A stretch of DNA of 64,000 nt from Callorhinchus milii (lineage: Eukaryota). The notes beneath the pieces are model-generated. The model saw nothing but the letters and a program-made list of their open reading frames with translations. It did not search any database and was not told where the DNA came from. Positions within the stretch are counted from its first letter, which is position 1, and every line of letters starts with the position of its first letter. Shown in pieces: positions 49,830-63,409 of this stretch. The stretch spans positions 99,078,001 through 99,142,000 of the forward strand of contig NW_024704742.1 in assembly GCF_018977255.1 (NCBI RefSeq). The letters run 5' to 3'. The translations under genes were made by a program, and so were the position numbers.

Positions 49830-50958
49830 CTCTATGTGAATCCTATCTCACAAACCGCAAGCAGTACATCTGCATAAACGGCTTCTCCTTCCGCTCTCAC
49901 CAGGTCACCTGTGGGGTACCCCAAGGATCCATCCTTGGCCCCCTTCTCTTTCTGATCTACATGCTCCCTCTTGGGATGTCATCCGCAGACATGGCATATA
50001 TTTCCACATGTATGTAGATGACACCCAGCTTTACTTTTCCACCTCTCTTTGCGACCCCCAGTCCCCTGATGTTCTGTCAGGCTGCCTGTCAGACCTCAGG
50101 AGCTGGATGGGCGCAAACTTCCTTCAGCTGAACGTTGACAAGATGTAAGCCATACTCTTTGGCTTTCGTCAACGTCTGAAATCTCACGGTTCTCACGGCC
50201 TCCACCTACCCGACCTCCCCCTAAAACTCTCCCCCGAACCTGTACGCAACCTAGGTGTCAGGTTCGACCCTCAATTATCCTTCCTCCCCCAAATCCAGTC
50301 CCTCACCAGCACCGCTTTCTTCCACCTCCGACGCATCGCCCGTCTCCACCAATACCTCTCTCCGAAAGCCGCTGAAACCCGGGTCCATGCCTTTGTCATC
50401 TCTTGGCTGGACTACTCTAACGGCCTCCTCGCCGGTCTCCCATCCATTACCATCCATAAAATCCAACTCATTCGGAACTCTGCCGCCCGCATTCCCACCC
50501 GCATGAGACTCCGCTCCCCGATCACCCCAGTCCTTGCCAGACTGCACTGGCTGCCTGTCCCAGAGAGGATCAATTTCAAGATCCTCACCTCGTATTCAAG
50601 TTCCTGCACTCCTCTGCACCCCCTACCTCTCTGATATCCTCTATCCTCAGCACAGTACCCGTTGCCTTCGTTCCTCCGGGTCTGGCCTCCTCCTTGTCCC
50701 CCGAGTCCTCCGCTCCACCCTCAGCGGCCATGACTTCAGCCACTATGCCCCGAGGCTCTGGAATTCCCTTCCTCACTCCCTTCACCTCGTCCCCTCTCTT
50801 CCTATTTTCAGGTCTCTGCTGAAGACCTTTCTTTTCGACCGCGCCTTTGGTCACCTTCCTCCCCCTCCCCCTGGCTTGGTCCCAGGATCCTAAACTGTAA
50901 AGCGCTCTGAGATGGCGTCTGGCGTGGAGGGCGCTATATAAATCCAAGTTGTTGTTAT
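49830..50958 (+). mobile_element. L2 LINE 3' fragment
   Basis: [36 protein letters not shown], (TTG)n tail. Confidence 0.9.
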
Positions 50959-51137
50959 GTAAAAATATATAACCTCTTCCTATTTAAATGTTTTTATTCT
51001 GGTTGCGTTCAGGTTTTATTCACTAACAGAAAAGGAACAAAGAGAATACTTCAATTAGGCGTTATTACATGTAAGATACCTAAAACTGGCAATGAAATAC
51101 AGAAATTACTTAATTGCAGTTATTGTTAACTTAGTAT

Positions 51138-51350
51138 CTATGAACGAGCTCTGGCCCAACGGGTTAGCACTAAGCTCCGGTGTTTGGACATGTGGGAGCT
51201 TAGAGGTAGTTGCAGAATTGTTCCCGGGGTCAAATGGTTCATTTGATCTTCGAGGCATTTCCTGTCCTGTCCATGGCAAAGCCGTTCACGCTTCGACCAG
51301 AACAAGCTCTCCTCGGTAAAGTCATGAGGTATCTTAGCAAGTGCTTGATG
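51138..51350 (-). CDS. TEX43: TEX43 / SPMIP10 (sperm microtubule inner protein) last exon
   Basis: CAG acceptor; HQALAKIPHDFTEESLFWSKRERLCHGQDRKCLEDQ...LPLSSHMSKHRSLVLTRWARARS*, resembling human EDSLFLNHSERLCHGEDRK...PLHSPLSRYQSTVI; AATAAA downstream at 51020-51015; syntenic position. Confidence 0.85.
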   Translation of the reverse strand, partial: HQALAKIPHDFTEESLFWSKRERLCHGQDRKCLEDQMNHLTPGTILQLPLSSHMSKHRSLVLTRWARARS

Positions 51351-51635
51351 CTGAGAAAAGAGTTCCGGCAAATCAGACAAAATTAATTTAGATTTCTGTA
51401 CTAGTTTCTGTACAATAAAACCTGCATAAGTCTGATCTGTATAATCATGTAAGCGCCTAAATTGTACATCTGCCCAAGTCCTGTTCAAGAGTTTATATTC
51501 CATACAAGTTTGACATAATCTGGGCCAATAGAAAAGTGTGGAAATATTTGCCAAAAATTGCGATGAGATTTGAAAATTGTGGGGATGTTTTGACAGATTT
51601 TGCAGAAAATGGTGGGGAGTTGTTTGGTGCTATTC

Positions 51636-52812
51636 ATAGATGCATAGAATGTTATGGCACAGAAAGAGGCCATTCGGCCCATCGAGTCTGTGCCGGCTCT
51701 TTGACAGAGCAAGTCACTTTCACTAACCCCAATCACCAGCTTTCTCCCCATAACCCTGCAAACCCGTCTTCCCCAGATACCTATCCAGTTCTCTCTTAAA
51801 AGCTGTTATCGAATTGGACTTCACTACCCTTTCAGGCAGATCATTCCAAATTCGAACAACTCGCTGAGTGAAAAATTTCTTTTGACCACGGGTCACAGAC
51901 ACACCTACCAGCGGAAACAGCTTTTCCCTATCTAGCCTGTCGAAACCTTTCATGATCTTGAAGACCTCTATCAAGTCCCCGCGTAACCTTCTCTGCTCTA
52001 ATGGGAAAAGTCCTAACTTCTCCAGCCTGTCCTCATAGCTAAGGTTCCCCATTCCTGGTATCATTCTCGTGAATCTCCTCTGCACCCTTTCCAGTGCCTT
52101 AATGTCCTTCCTGAAGTAAGGTGCCCAGAACTGGACGCTGTTCTCCAGCTGAGGCCTAACCAGTGTTTTGTATAGATTAACCATAACTTCCCTACTCTTA
52201 TACTCTATGCCCCTACTAATAAAGCTCAGTACACCAAATGCCTTTTTTACTGCCTTATCTACCTGCCCCGCTACCTTTAATGATTCACTTACTTGAACAC
52301 CCAGATCTCTCTGTACCTTCACCCCCCTTAAGATTGAGATACCAAGTCTATATTGCCTCCTATCATTTTTCCTACAAGAGTATCACCTCATATTTATCCA
52401 CATTGAAATCCATCTGCCACATGTCAGCCCATTCCACCATTCTGTGTATGTCTGCTTGCAGTTGGTTACAGTCCTCCTCACTATTTACTACCCTACCTAA
52501 CTTTGTTTCATCTGCAAACTTGGAAATAGTGCTCTCTATGTCCAAGTCCAGATCATTAATATATATTAGAAAGAGCAGTAGTCCCAATACCGATCCCTGG
52601 GGGACACCGCTGCACATCTCCTTCCATTTCGAGAAACACCCATTAACCACCACCCTCTGCTTTCTGTCACTCAGCCAGTTCTTAATCCAAACTGCCACTG
52701 TCCCCTTAATACCGTGGGCCTCTATTTTTTTTTATTAATCTCTTATGCGGTACTGTGTCAAATGCCTTTTTTAAAATCCATGTAAATAACGTCCACCGTA
52801 TTTCCCTCATCA
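51636..52812 (-). mobile_element. CR1-clade LINE 3' fragment
   Basis: [21 protein letters not shown]...SKFADETKLG; YKTLVRPQLE..VQFWAP; LEQRRLRGDLIEVFKI; CR1 3' end GGCCGAATGGCCTC. Confidence 0.92.
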
Positions 52813-52992
52813 TTGAGGTACATTTTACAGCCAACCTACATTTTTTTGCCATTAAAAACTAAACATGAAGAGATAACACATATTCGATTGTTGCAAAAAA
52901 ATTAATTGCTTCTTTAACAAAAACTGGGTGGCCTTTTTTGTGGGGTAGGGGGACACCAGCAAGGCTACAGCCGCTCTCAAGGCCCAAAAAGG

Positions 52993-53176
52993 GAGACACA
53001 GAGAGAGAGACACACACTCACAGACATAGAGAGAGACACACACACTCACAGACACAGAGAGAGAGACACACACACACACAGACAGAGAGAGGGAGATACA
53101 GACATACACACAAACACTCACAAACATAGAGAGAGACACACAGACTCACAAACAAACACACACAAAGACACACAGA
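52993..53176. repeat. (GA)n/(CA)n compound microsatellite
   Basis: Direct reading; lies between the two CR1 fragments. Confidence 0.9.
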
Positions 53177-53203
53177 TAATCACAACACCGGGCCCCCGAG
53201 TGA

Positions 53204-54190
53204 AGACAAAAAGCAGAGAGCAAATGGTTGTTTTTCTGACTGGAGGGAAGTGTCAGATGTGCCCCCAGCGGTCAGTATTGGGACCACTGCTGTTTTTTGA
53301 TCTATTTAAATGACCCGGACTTGGGTATAGTGAGTACAATTTCCAAGTTTGCAGATGATACTAAGCTAGGAAAAGTAGTTAGCAGTGAGGAGGACAGTAA
53401 CAGACTGCAAAGAGATATAGACAGACTGGTAAAATGGGCAGACACGTGGCAGATGAAGTTTAATGTGGAGAAATGCAAAGTGGTGCATTTTAGGAGGAAG
53501 GATGAGGAGAGGCAATATAAGCTGATGGTACAATCTTAAAGGAGGTGAAGGAACAGAGAGACCGGGGGGTTCATATAAGTAAATCTTTGAAGGGGAGAGG
53601 TAGATAAAGCTGTTAAAAAGCATATGGAATACTAGGCTTTATAAATAGGGGCATAGAATACAAAAGTCAGGAAGTTATGATGAACTCTTTATAAAACACT
53701 GGTTAGGCCTCAGCTAGAACTGTGTTCAGTTCTGGGCACCACACTTTAGGAAAGATGTCAAGGCATTGGGGAGGATGCAAAGGAGATTTACCAGGATGGT
53801 ACCAGGAATGAGGGACTTCAGTTATCAGGAGAGACTAGAGAAGCTAGGATTAATCTCCTTGGAGCAGAGAAGGTTAAGAGGAGACTTAACAGAAGTTTTC
53901 AAAATTATGAGGGGATTCAATAGGGTGAACAAGGAGAAACTATTTCTACTGGCGGGTGTGTTGGTGACCCGAGGGCACCAATTTAAAATAGTTGTTAAAA
54001 GAACCAGACGGGAGGTGAGGAGAACTTTTTTCACATAGAGAGTTGTTCAGATCTGGAATGCATTGCCTGAAAGGGTGATGGAAGCCAATTTGATAACAAC
54101 TTTCAAGAGAGAAGTAGATAATTATTTGGGAGGACAAGTTTGCAGGGCTATGGGGAGAGAGCGGGGAAGTGGGATTGATTTGGATAGCGC
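53204..54190 (+). mobile_element. CR1-clade LINE 3' fragment
   Basis: SKFADDTKLG, WQMKFNVEKCKVVH, LEQRRLRGDLTEVFKI; frameshifted. Confidence 0.92.
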
Positions 54191-54800
54191 TTTTCAAATA
54201 ACTCATACTTTGCATAAGTCATATTAAATGGATGGTCCCAATTAATATGATTTATGTGAGGTTTACTGTATTACTTTCATAATTTTATTAAAGAGTTTTT
54301 TGTCAATTAAAATTACCCCTAAACCCATTTTGTTTGTTGCTCATACATTACCACAAGGCCTGAAATTCCAACTAGTCAGCCTGAAAGACTATCATTTTGT
54401 CTTAAAATTTAAGATCACACAGAATTATGGAACATTCTTAAATTTAATCGAAATTTGAAAGCTGATTGTATTTCAAGGGACTGCAGAAAACTAGCTTCCA
54501 AATTAAGACTCAATTTAAGAATTTTCCAAAATTTTGCACAGACTTAACTTTTAATATTTACAGGTTTAAGTTTAGGTGGAATTTGGAGATTCTGGAGTAC
54601 AAGCCCCTGTCTCTGGCTTAATGGTGCTAAGACCAATTTAAGTTACCTAAACTTCTGGCTGGCTGATAAAAGCTAACTCAGCATACAGAACTCAAAGCAA
54701 ATACAATGAGCGTTGTGTTTCCCTACTCAAGCCTCTTGGAGAACAAAGGTGCATTAATGATCTCTCAATCATCCAAAAAATTCACACTTTATAATAATAC

Positions 54801-54909
54801 CTTCAAAATTAATTTCCTATTTTTCATGTCATGTTTCCAAGGCATCACGTAAAGCCTTGGAATACATGGGTGCATGTCTGAGAAGATCGGCATGTGGCTG
54901 TAACTGCAG
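54801..54909 (-). CDS. TEX43: TEX43 / SPMIP10 middle exon
   Basis: 109-nt AG/GT exon: CSYSHMPIFSDMHPCIPRLYVMPWKHDMKNRKLILK, matching human [32 protein letters not shown]; phase 0 join to the last exon. Confidence 0.85.
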
Positions 54910-56507
54910 CTGGAAAAAGAAAACCAAGAAAAATCAGTTCAAGTTTTGCCTGAAAAGGCTGTATCTAAAAATTAACGTTTGGGAGGAGTGTGTGCGTGTG
55001 TTTGGTGGTGGGGGGTCGGTGGGGAGATGTGTGATTTGTGCTTTGATAATTCTCACATCACAGTGTATATTTCCCCTCAACTAATGCAATTCAGTAATGT
55101 GTGAATTGAATGTATGGAATGTACTTAGTCCACCCCAATAGCCCAGCGAGTTTATCTAGTGAGTAAACTCAGTCATATAGCCCCAGAATATTCCAGGTTT
55201 TGACTCTGGCATATCCGAAGTCAGCTGATCTGTTATTCTGGATGAGGCTCAGTGGCACTACGATTGTCCTCAGTGTTTGTAAAATCAATGAAGCCTCTTG
55301 CTCCTCATCACTATCCAGTGAACCATGCTGACACTTCTTTTTAGGTATTGATGTCAGGTGCAGACAGCATCAGGTTTAGCTGTGGATGATGCCCGTGGTC
55401 AAATAACCTCATATGATTTATTATCTTGGCCACTTGGACTTGGATAAGATGTTGCAGGCTGATTACATGCCCATGTGAAATCGTACCCTACTATAAGTGA
55501 ACAAGAAATAAAATATCTTCATGAGAATGGAGAAAAATCGTTGGGCAAAATCAGCAAATGGTAAAAAATATACAATGTATAATGGTCACTGACTCAATTA
55601 TCACCCGATAAACAACCACTGGTTACATCACAATTATTGATCAATCATGTCATCATGATTCAATGACATACACACTGACTGTCATCATCTCCATGATAAG
55701 GCACACAGAAAGGACTCAAAAATTAAATTGCAAAAAAATCGGAATTTGTTATGAAATGTAGGTTGTCTGGGGTATAGTTAGCGCTACAATCTCATTATGG
55801 GGATCCACATCAATGGATTCAAAATAAGGAGAAATAAACTTAAAGTTAGAGCTAAGCTTTCGTCACCTCCCAACTCAATTTTTCCAATGCGTTCCTTGCC
55901 AGTCTACCCAGCTCCACTATTGACAAAATCCAAATGATCCAAGATTCTGCTGCCCTATCCTTACCTCTACCTGGCTCTGCATCTCCATCAACCAGGGTCC
56001 ATTGGTACCCTGTTGCAGAATAATTCCATTCCAAGATCCTCACTCACTTTTAAACCTCCCTGCCTCTCCGATCGGCTCTAACCACTTTCCAGTACCTGCT
56101 ACCTTTGCTCAGCTAGTTTGGTGCTTCTCCACATCCCTTGTCCCCTCCGCTCCACAATTGACAGCAGAGCTTTCAGCCACTATGCCCTGTATTTTTGAAA
56201 CTCCTTGCCTCAATCCTTCCATCTTGCCCCGTCTTTGCCCATCGGCAAATCATAACTGAAGACTTTCCTCTTCAACCGTGCCTTCGGTCACCTTCTCTTC
56301 ATTTCCCTTACAAAGGGTTGTAAAATGTGGAATCATTGCCACAGAAAGCTGCAGATGCAAAATCAATTGCACATCAAAGGTAACAGAGGGAGAAGAAAAA
56401 TAAACTGTAGTTTGCCCATATTACTGAGGAGGGGGCCTTAACATGAATGTCCATCTTATTATGATAAACCAAATGCAAATCACAATACGGGCACCTTAAA
56501 TGATAGA

Positions 56508-56867
56508 TAAATAATTCTTGTATTTGATGTAACGCCTTATCATGTCTTTGAGACGTCTCGAAGCGCTTCACAGAATATATTGTAAAGTGAATTGACTGTA
56601 TATTTTGTGGGTGTAATGCGGCAGCCAATTGCGCACAGCAGTGTCCCACAAACAGTCGTGGATTGAGTGACCAATTTTTTATTATTATTGTTTTTTTTTA
56701 AAGTATTATTCCCCCCAGAAAAGTGATCAGCCAATCGACTAAAAATGGGGTTAAACAAAGGCGTGTGGAATAAGGAAACTTGCCCAACATTTCGCCCTGC
56801 CGGAAATAGAAGCCAGGACTTCTCGTTTGTGAGGTGAGTGCTCTAAACACTGAGCTACAGGACTCCA
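56508..56867 (-). mobile_element. Same SINE family, long variant
   Basis: Reverse copy with head, part of the internal segment, core and tail. Confidence 0.85.
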
Positions 56868-58809
56868 AATGACAGAGCTGCTCACATTTTGGGATCAGTG
56901 CTGGTTCCTACATTGTTTGTCATTGTCATTCACGGCTCGTCAAAGGTTGAGATTCTGTCTCACTGCTGCAAATAAATGCAGGGCTGTCCCAAGCGATGTA
57001 TGATATTCAAATACAGGAATTATACCCATGATTATGTTTGTTTTGTATTATGACTCAGTTATCAACAATTATGATATCACTCAATCAACTATTCCAAACT
57101 TCGCAGAGAGTTCATTGGTGACTCTTGTTGAGCAATAAGGCTTGCACATCTTGTAATCTCATTGGGCTAAAACCTATGACCAACAATTAGATATTATTTC
57201 TATGGCAATAATAACCTCGTACCTTACCAGTGTGAAATGCTGGTAAGTTTCATGATATTTGTCCATTAGGAAAGCCCTATCTGCTAGGGCAGCAATTGTT
57301 CAAATACCTCCAATTTTCATTCTCTTTTTCAAGCAAAAAAAACTTGTAAATTAACAGATTTATTACACAGCATACGTATTGAAGGCCTGACCACCAATGC
57401 TGGGACAGGCAAGGCAGGGTATGTGAAACAGGCCGGAGCCCACCGAGTGGAGAGAACAGACAGGTTGGTAGGGTGTTAGGAGGTCACAGAGGTAGGGAGA
57501 AGTGAGGCCATAGAGGGCTTTGAAGGTGAGGGCCAGCATCTTGAACTGTACCCTCTGTGTGATGGGAAGCCAGTAGATTTGGGCGAGGATGGGGCTATTA
57601 GAGTTGCGGAGCCTGGTGCGGGAGAGAACACGGGCTGCAGAGTTCTGGATGATCTGCAGCCTATTGAGGGAGGAGTTACTGTTGGGTTCAGGGTAATGAA
57701 CAGAATAAAACCCACTTATTCTATTCAGCCCACTTTTAATAAAGACCAGAGAACAGAGAAACCAAAGACACTCAGCAACTTATGTTTGAAAATTTCTATA
57801 CTTTATGAAATGTAAAGTTTGTTAAAATGTTCAAATATCACAATACAAAAGACAAGTCAATAGCATAAACAAATGTCTGTATCAAAGTAAATGAAACAAT
57901 AATTGCTTAGTCCATAAATCATACAAATCTTCTTTGATGGAGTCAGTTGATGAATGTCCCGAACAGCAGGCAACAGTCTTGCATCAATGGAAAGTCTCTT
58001 AATTCAGACCCAAAACATCTTGCTCGGGTATTTTTATCACAAAGTCAGAGTTGAATTTTAATGATGTACAGCTGAGCTGTGCACTTTAATCAACAGTTGT
58101 GATACATTGCTAATTCTTCTCGATAGTTGTTATATGTTGCTATTTCTGCTCGACAGTCGTTATACTTTGTTATTCTTCTCATCCCATTACCTGTCAATCG
58201 ATTTCGGATGTTCTGGAATTACCGTAGTTTCCTTCTGCCTGAAATTGCTGGAGTTAACGAAAGTTGATGAAATGATGGAATAGTCTAAGTCTGGCGGATT
58301 TTAACTCTGAAGACAACACATTGACTTCACCACTTAATATCATCACATGAAAGATGGCTTTTTGTGTGGACAGCACCTGATATGCTCTGTCCTCAGCTGA
58401 ACAAAGTATAGTTCAGTCATACATCTTTTATAATCGATTTTCCACAGGCAGGATAAGAATGAACAATCTTTCTTTCTCACATACATGAAGCAATTATCTC
58501 ATATATAAAAAATAGTCTGCAGAATTGTCATAGAACACTTTAACCCACTTTAATGATTAAAACATGAATTTGTTATAGGAAAACATCTTCAGCTACCTCA
58601 CCGTTAACACAACACTAATTAAAAGATGGACAAACATCTTTAACAATTGTAAACAAGTCATCTTGACATTTTTCTAGTCACATCATGATTTTTAACCATT
58701 AATGGTGGCTAATCATCATAAGCATCTCTTAACCATTGATTAAAATAATTCTTTAGACTACATGGGTTAACATATATTCACAATTTCAAATTATAAGCGG
58801 GATCACAAC

Positions 58810-59265
58810 ATTGGGGAGACCGATAAGCAGGGAGTTTGGTTGTCGAGCCTGGATGTTATAAATGCATGTATGAGGGTCTCAGCGGCCTGCGATGTGAAAC
58901 ATCTTCTTGACGTTCAACTGTAGAAAGTTAGCTCTCATCCAGGATTTGATATCTGACAAGACATTCTGTGAGGACAGCAGTGGTCCTGGAGTCAAGGGTA
59001 GAGGCAGAGAGGTAGAGTTGGGTGTCATCCGCATATATGCTGAAGTTGACCCCCATGTCTGTGGATGATGTCACCAAGAGGGAGCATATAGATATTGAAG
59101 AGGAGGGGACCAAGGACAGAGCCCTGAGGAACTCCGCACAAGATGGTGCGGAGGCTAGAGGAGAAGCCATTTGTGGAGATGGTGTGAGAGGTATGATCTG
59201 GACCATTCAAAGACAGAACCATGAAGGCTGAGGTGAGAGGAGAGGTGGTGGAGCAGGATAGAGTG
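58810..59265 (-). mobile_element. L2 LINE RT fragment
   Basis: [31 protein letters not shown]; further small L2 pieces at ~57380-57680(-), ~55850-56300(+), ~32950-33115(+). Confidence 0.85.
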
Positions 59266-61459
59266 ATAGGCTGATTTGTTCACCTACAAATATAGTATAC
59301 GACATAGAAATGTTATGAAGTGCTTAGAGATGTTTAATGTTATAGGCACCATATATTCTTCAGCCCATTTGATCTCATCCTTCCAGAATACCCACCTTAT
59401 TGTCATGCTATATTTAGAACAAAGTTCAGAAAAACAGTGCGCAATGAACCCAAACTGTATTTTAGCCATAATAGCAAAACATAATCTTGATAAACTATTG
59501 TAATAATTTAAAAACAATTAATGGTTAAACAAACAAATTATAAACTCATTAAACAGAACAGTCAAGAAACATTCAGATTTGGTGCGTGCAATTACAGCCA
59601 GCAGTTTATCTGAATAGTTCAAAGAACATTAAAGTTTTGGGAATAAATTGGATAAGAATGAGTTAATTCCAATGTTATACAGCATTATTTATTCATTCAA
59701 CACAAGCACTGTTAACAATAGTTACATAAACATAATCTGCTGAGATCTCCAGCCAGTTAACTCAGTGGTAGCCAAAATACATTTTGTTAATTGAATATTT
59801 GTCATTGAAAAGCGTTTCAAATAGGTGGAAAACCTATGACCAATGCCAACACCACAAATAGATGCAAGATATTAAATTATGCTAGCATTTGTGGATGGTA
59901 AGTGGTGTTGTTTCCAAATTTCTTTTTAGCATGATTGGGGGGAAAACAAAAATGGAGTTTGACATTAAATTGATTGCTTTGTTATGTGTTGGTCAGAAAC
60001 CTAGTTAGATGGGTTTAATGAATATTTTTAAAAACTTTTAAACTAGTTGCATTGTTGAATAACAATAAACTTGCAGATTGTTGCTGGGTACTTTTCCACA
60101 TACTCCCGATCCTTGACCAAGTGGCCTTTCTTAATGTTGGAAAAACGATCAGAGTGGATGACTGACAAACCTTATCCAGTTCTCATCTATTTATTTACAC
60201 TTTCCTACAAAGATCATTGGACAGTGGTCAGAAGCAGGAACCTGGACTATTTTTTTGTTTTTCCTTCCCCAACAAGGGCACCAAGACTAATTGTAACACT
60301 ACTCCCTACCCAGTTGAGATAAGCTAACAGCACAGAAAGGGGATCAAACTTCCCACCTTCTTGCTTTGCATTAGGACAATTTCACATTGGCTGTTGGCTT
60401 TACCATTTTAATTATTATTATTTTCATTATTTGTTTCTCAACAGAATACTTACCACTTCCTAGGTGCCTGAAACCCAGCAGTTTTGTACCAACTAATACA
60501 ATTCAAATTGTACTGAATTAAAACATTATGGGTTTCAAATGCACGTTAAAATGTTTTGCTAGGAGTGCAATTAATTTTCTTAAAAAAACACAAGTTTCCA
60601 GATTTAGGAGGAAATATACTAAACAAAACCACAACAAATTAAACACAGACATAGCTCCTTCTCATGCCTCCTAGCAGATATTTAATGCAAATATAGTCAC
60701 GGTAGCATATGATGAAATTTGCTGCAATGCTGAGCTTTATATCATACATCCTCTATGCAATGAAATGCTGCTGAGTGGCAAACAAAAAAAAACTTTACAT
60801 TCTTAGAAAGATCTCTCCTTTGAAATGAAGCATCCTGAAAATTGTGAAAATTAGAATTATGAAAATCTTGCTCTGGAACATATTCCTCCTAATCACCTGC
60901 AATGTTTTTCAAATATAAAAAGCGTCTGATACATTTGAGAGATCAAGGAGAAAAAGTAGGAAACAATTAAATGTACATCAACTATTAATGTCTGAACACA
61001 ATTTTGTCAATAAAAAATGCTTTCCCCTCATCTCACCAGCTCTTTCCATGGGTAGCTTCAACTGGCTCCTAACACTAGACTTCGAGATTGTGCTGTATTT
61101 GGTAAGAAACAACTTCAATATTTCTGAATACACATGACTGTTTGGTGAGAAGCTAATCTGCAGGATTGGTACATGATCCAGCTGCAATGGACTTGAGAAA
61201 TAATCCTTGCATTTGATATAGCGCTTCTAGACGTCTCAAAACGCTTCATCGAATATACCGTAAAGTGAATTGACTGTACATGATCCAGCTGCAGTGCATC
61301 TGAAAAGCTTCTTAAGCTGTGTAATATTACCTCCCTGGAAACATTAGGAGTAGGCCCTGGGTTTATCATTGTGTTGACAGACCCACTGGTAAAACCGGGA
61401 TCCAACAGGTGAAAGCTATATACTAAGGGTTGGAATGGGCTCATTCTCATACAATACTG

Positions 61460-61465
61460 TTTATT
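61460..61465 (-). terminator. Candidate PHAX polyadenylation signal
   Basis: AATAAA on the minus strand ~450 nt after the stop codon. Confidence 0.35.
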
Positions 61466-61916
61466 ACATCTGTACCAATTTATTTAATTTGTTGAGATTA
61501 GAATTGATAATGCGTGTAAATTTCAAAAGCTGTATGCTTAAGAGGATAAATAGCCCACAATAGATTGAAGAAAATTTACTTGGCCAAATGGTACAAATTT
61601 CAACATGGGTAAAGGATTCAACAAGTTATAAAATCAATGTTACATAACTAACTGTTCTAAACTTTCTTCTGCCATCTCTGTCAGGAATGCATTAGATTTT
61701 AGTACTAGTCCACGGAGTACAACAATGAAGTCTAGCAATCTACATAGTTGGATGGAAACGCTGTGCGTTGAATCAAAATCAACATTAATCCAACAAATTG
61801 ACATCACTTCACTAGCATGTTCATTCAAACTCCATGTAGCTTAAAATATTCAACTGTCATTTTCAGCCTGAAAGGAATATCCACATTTTTTTAGTTTTTC
61901 CAACTTCGCAAAATTT

Positions 61917-62186
61917 TTAAAAAATCTCAAGGTCATTACTATTATCAAGCTCAATTGCATCTTCAGGATCCTCTACAGGCTTCTCTGTGTGATGTTCTTC
62001 TGTATCCTCAACAGAAGCCAAAGCATCATTTGTGTCACTGGCAAAAGTCTCTCGAGAGGTGTCATCATCTACTTGTAGATTAAGGTCTTTAATGGCCTGT
62101 TTCACCTTCTTTCCAACAAGGTGTCGCCTTCGTTTCTTAGCTGCCTTTCTGTTATTGTACTTCTGATTTTCATCATAAAAAATTTC
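61917..62186 (-). CDS. PHAX: Phosphorylated adaptor for RNA export, last coding exon
   Basis: EIFYDENQKYNNRKAAKKRRRHLVGKKVKQAIKDLNLQVDDDTSRETFASDTNDALAS...NDLEIF*; DDDTSRETFASDTN is characteristic of the PHAX C-terminus. Confidence 0.95.
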   Translation of the reverse strand, partial: EIFYDENQKYNNRKAAKKRRRHLVGKKVKQAIKDLNLQVDDDTSRETFASDTNDALASVEDTEEHHTEKPVEDPEDAIELDNSNDLEIF

Positions 62187-62294
62187 CTGTTGAATAAAAA
62201 TAAATGTGTCTAAGATACTCAAACCAAACAGCACCTCTGGCAATGCAGAGATCCCCCAGCTGAGTGTCAGACTAGATTTTTTTTTGTCAGCTGG

Positions 62295-62720
62295 GTGTCT
62301 GACACATGCGGAAACCCATCATCATGCTTAAGAGTATCCAAACCAAGCTTCCATGCCTCCCACTTACACATAGAAATCCCAGAGATAAGATTGTTGGAAT
62401 TGTTTGTGCACTCTCTCCCTGGAGGGAAGCACCCTGCTTACCTAATTCCGGAAAGCATTTGGTGCAGGTTGGCAAGAGCCAAAGCTTAGGGACCCCAGTG
62501 TGTGTGCTGGGGTACTGCTGGAGTCTAACCAGCTAAAACCGCAGCTTGCCGTTGATATTGCTGTACGGCAATTTTTCCTGCTGCTTGTCCAGCCAGGACC
62601 ATCCTACCCGTTAAGGCTTTGGTTTGCAAGAATGACGAGGAGCTGAGTGGGATGACTCCCTGCGCCCAGTGACTGGTCAGCCCTTCCAGGTCCTGCCGAT
62701 GAGCCAGTTTGGATGTGCTA
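62295..62720 (-). repeat. Unclassified interspersed repeat (copy 2, in PHAX last intron)
   Basis: Shared blocks GTCTGACACATG.GGAAA, CATGCTTAAG.GTATCCAAACCAA, GCTGCTTGTCCAGC.AGGA.CATCC, GGAGCTGAGTGGGAT. Confidence 0.65.
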
Positions 62721-63409
62721 TCATCAGAAGTGCCCTGGAATACTGTGGATCCGCCTGGCTCAGGAACCAGTCTACCAAGACCACCACAGATGTTGGCTCG
62801 ATTCCAACATTCCATTGCCAGGCTTGTCATCTTGGAGCCTGTTCAGCTCCAAGGAGACCTGGCTTATATTGGACTAGACTTTGAGCTCGACATCCCGATA
62901 GTGGACTCAAATCCACAACCTTCTGATTCAGAGACCTGGCTCAAATATGCAAATAACATTGATTTATTGGGTACAATACGCCTGGGAAATTTAATGCCAA
63001 TTAAAATCCATTCTGTTCAAACACAAATTTTGTCGATAAAATATAGTCAATTCACTTTACAGTATATTCTGTGAGGCACTTTGAGATGACTCAAAGACGT
63101 GATAAGACACTATATCAAGGATGCAAGGATTATTATTATGGTGTTCATAAGTTTGAACGGAATGTAAATTTCAAAAGTACGGTCAAAGGGGTGCGTTTTG
63201 AAATGTACCTTGAAAGATGGGAGGGAAGGAGAGAGCAAGTTGGAGGGACTTGGGAATTGAGTTTCAGAAAGCAAGCGCCAACTGGCTGATAGCCTGCCTA
63301 CCGATAATGAGGTGGACAGTAACAGCCAGGTTAGTATAGTAAAAGAGATATAATGAATAAATTTACTTGATGCTGCTTAACAAAATACTGAAAAGATTGG
63401 CATGCTGAC

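Noticed and set aside
55140..55500. Possible very old SINE upstream of the TEX43 middle exon
   Set aside because: Resemblance is from memory only, the sequence is heavily decayed, and there is no second copy in the window to confirm it
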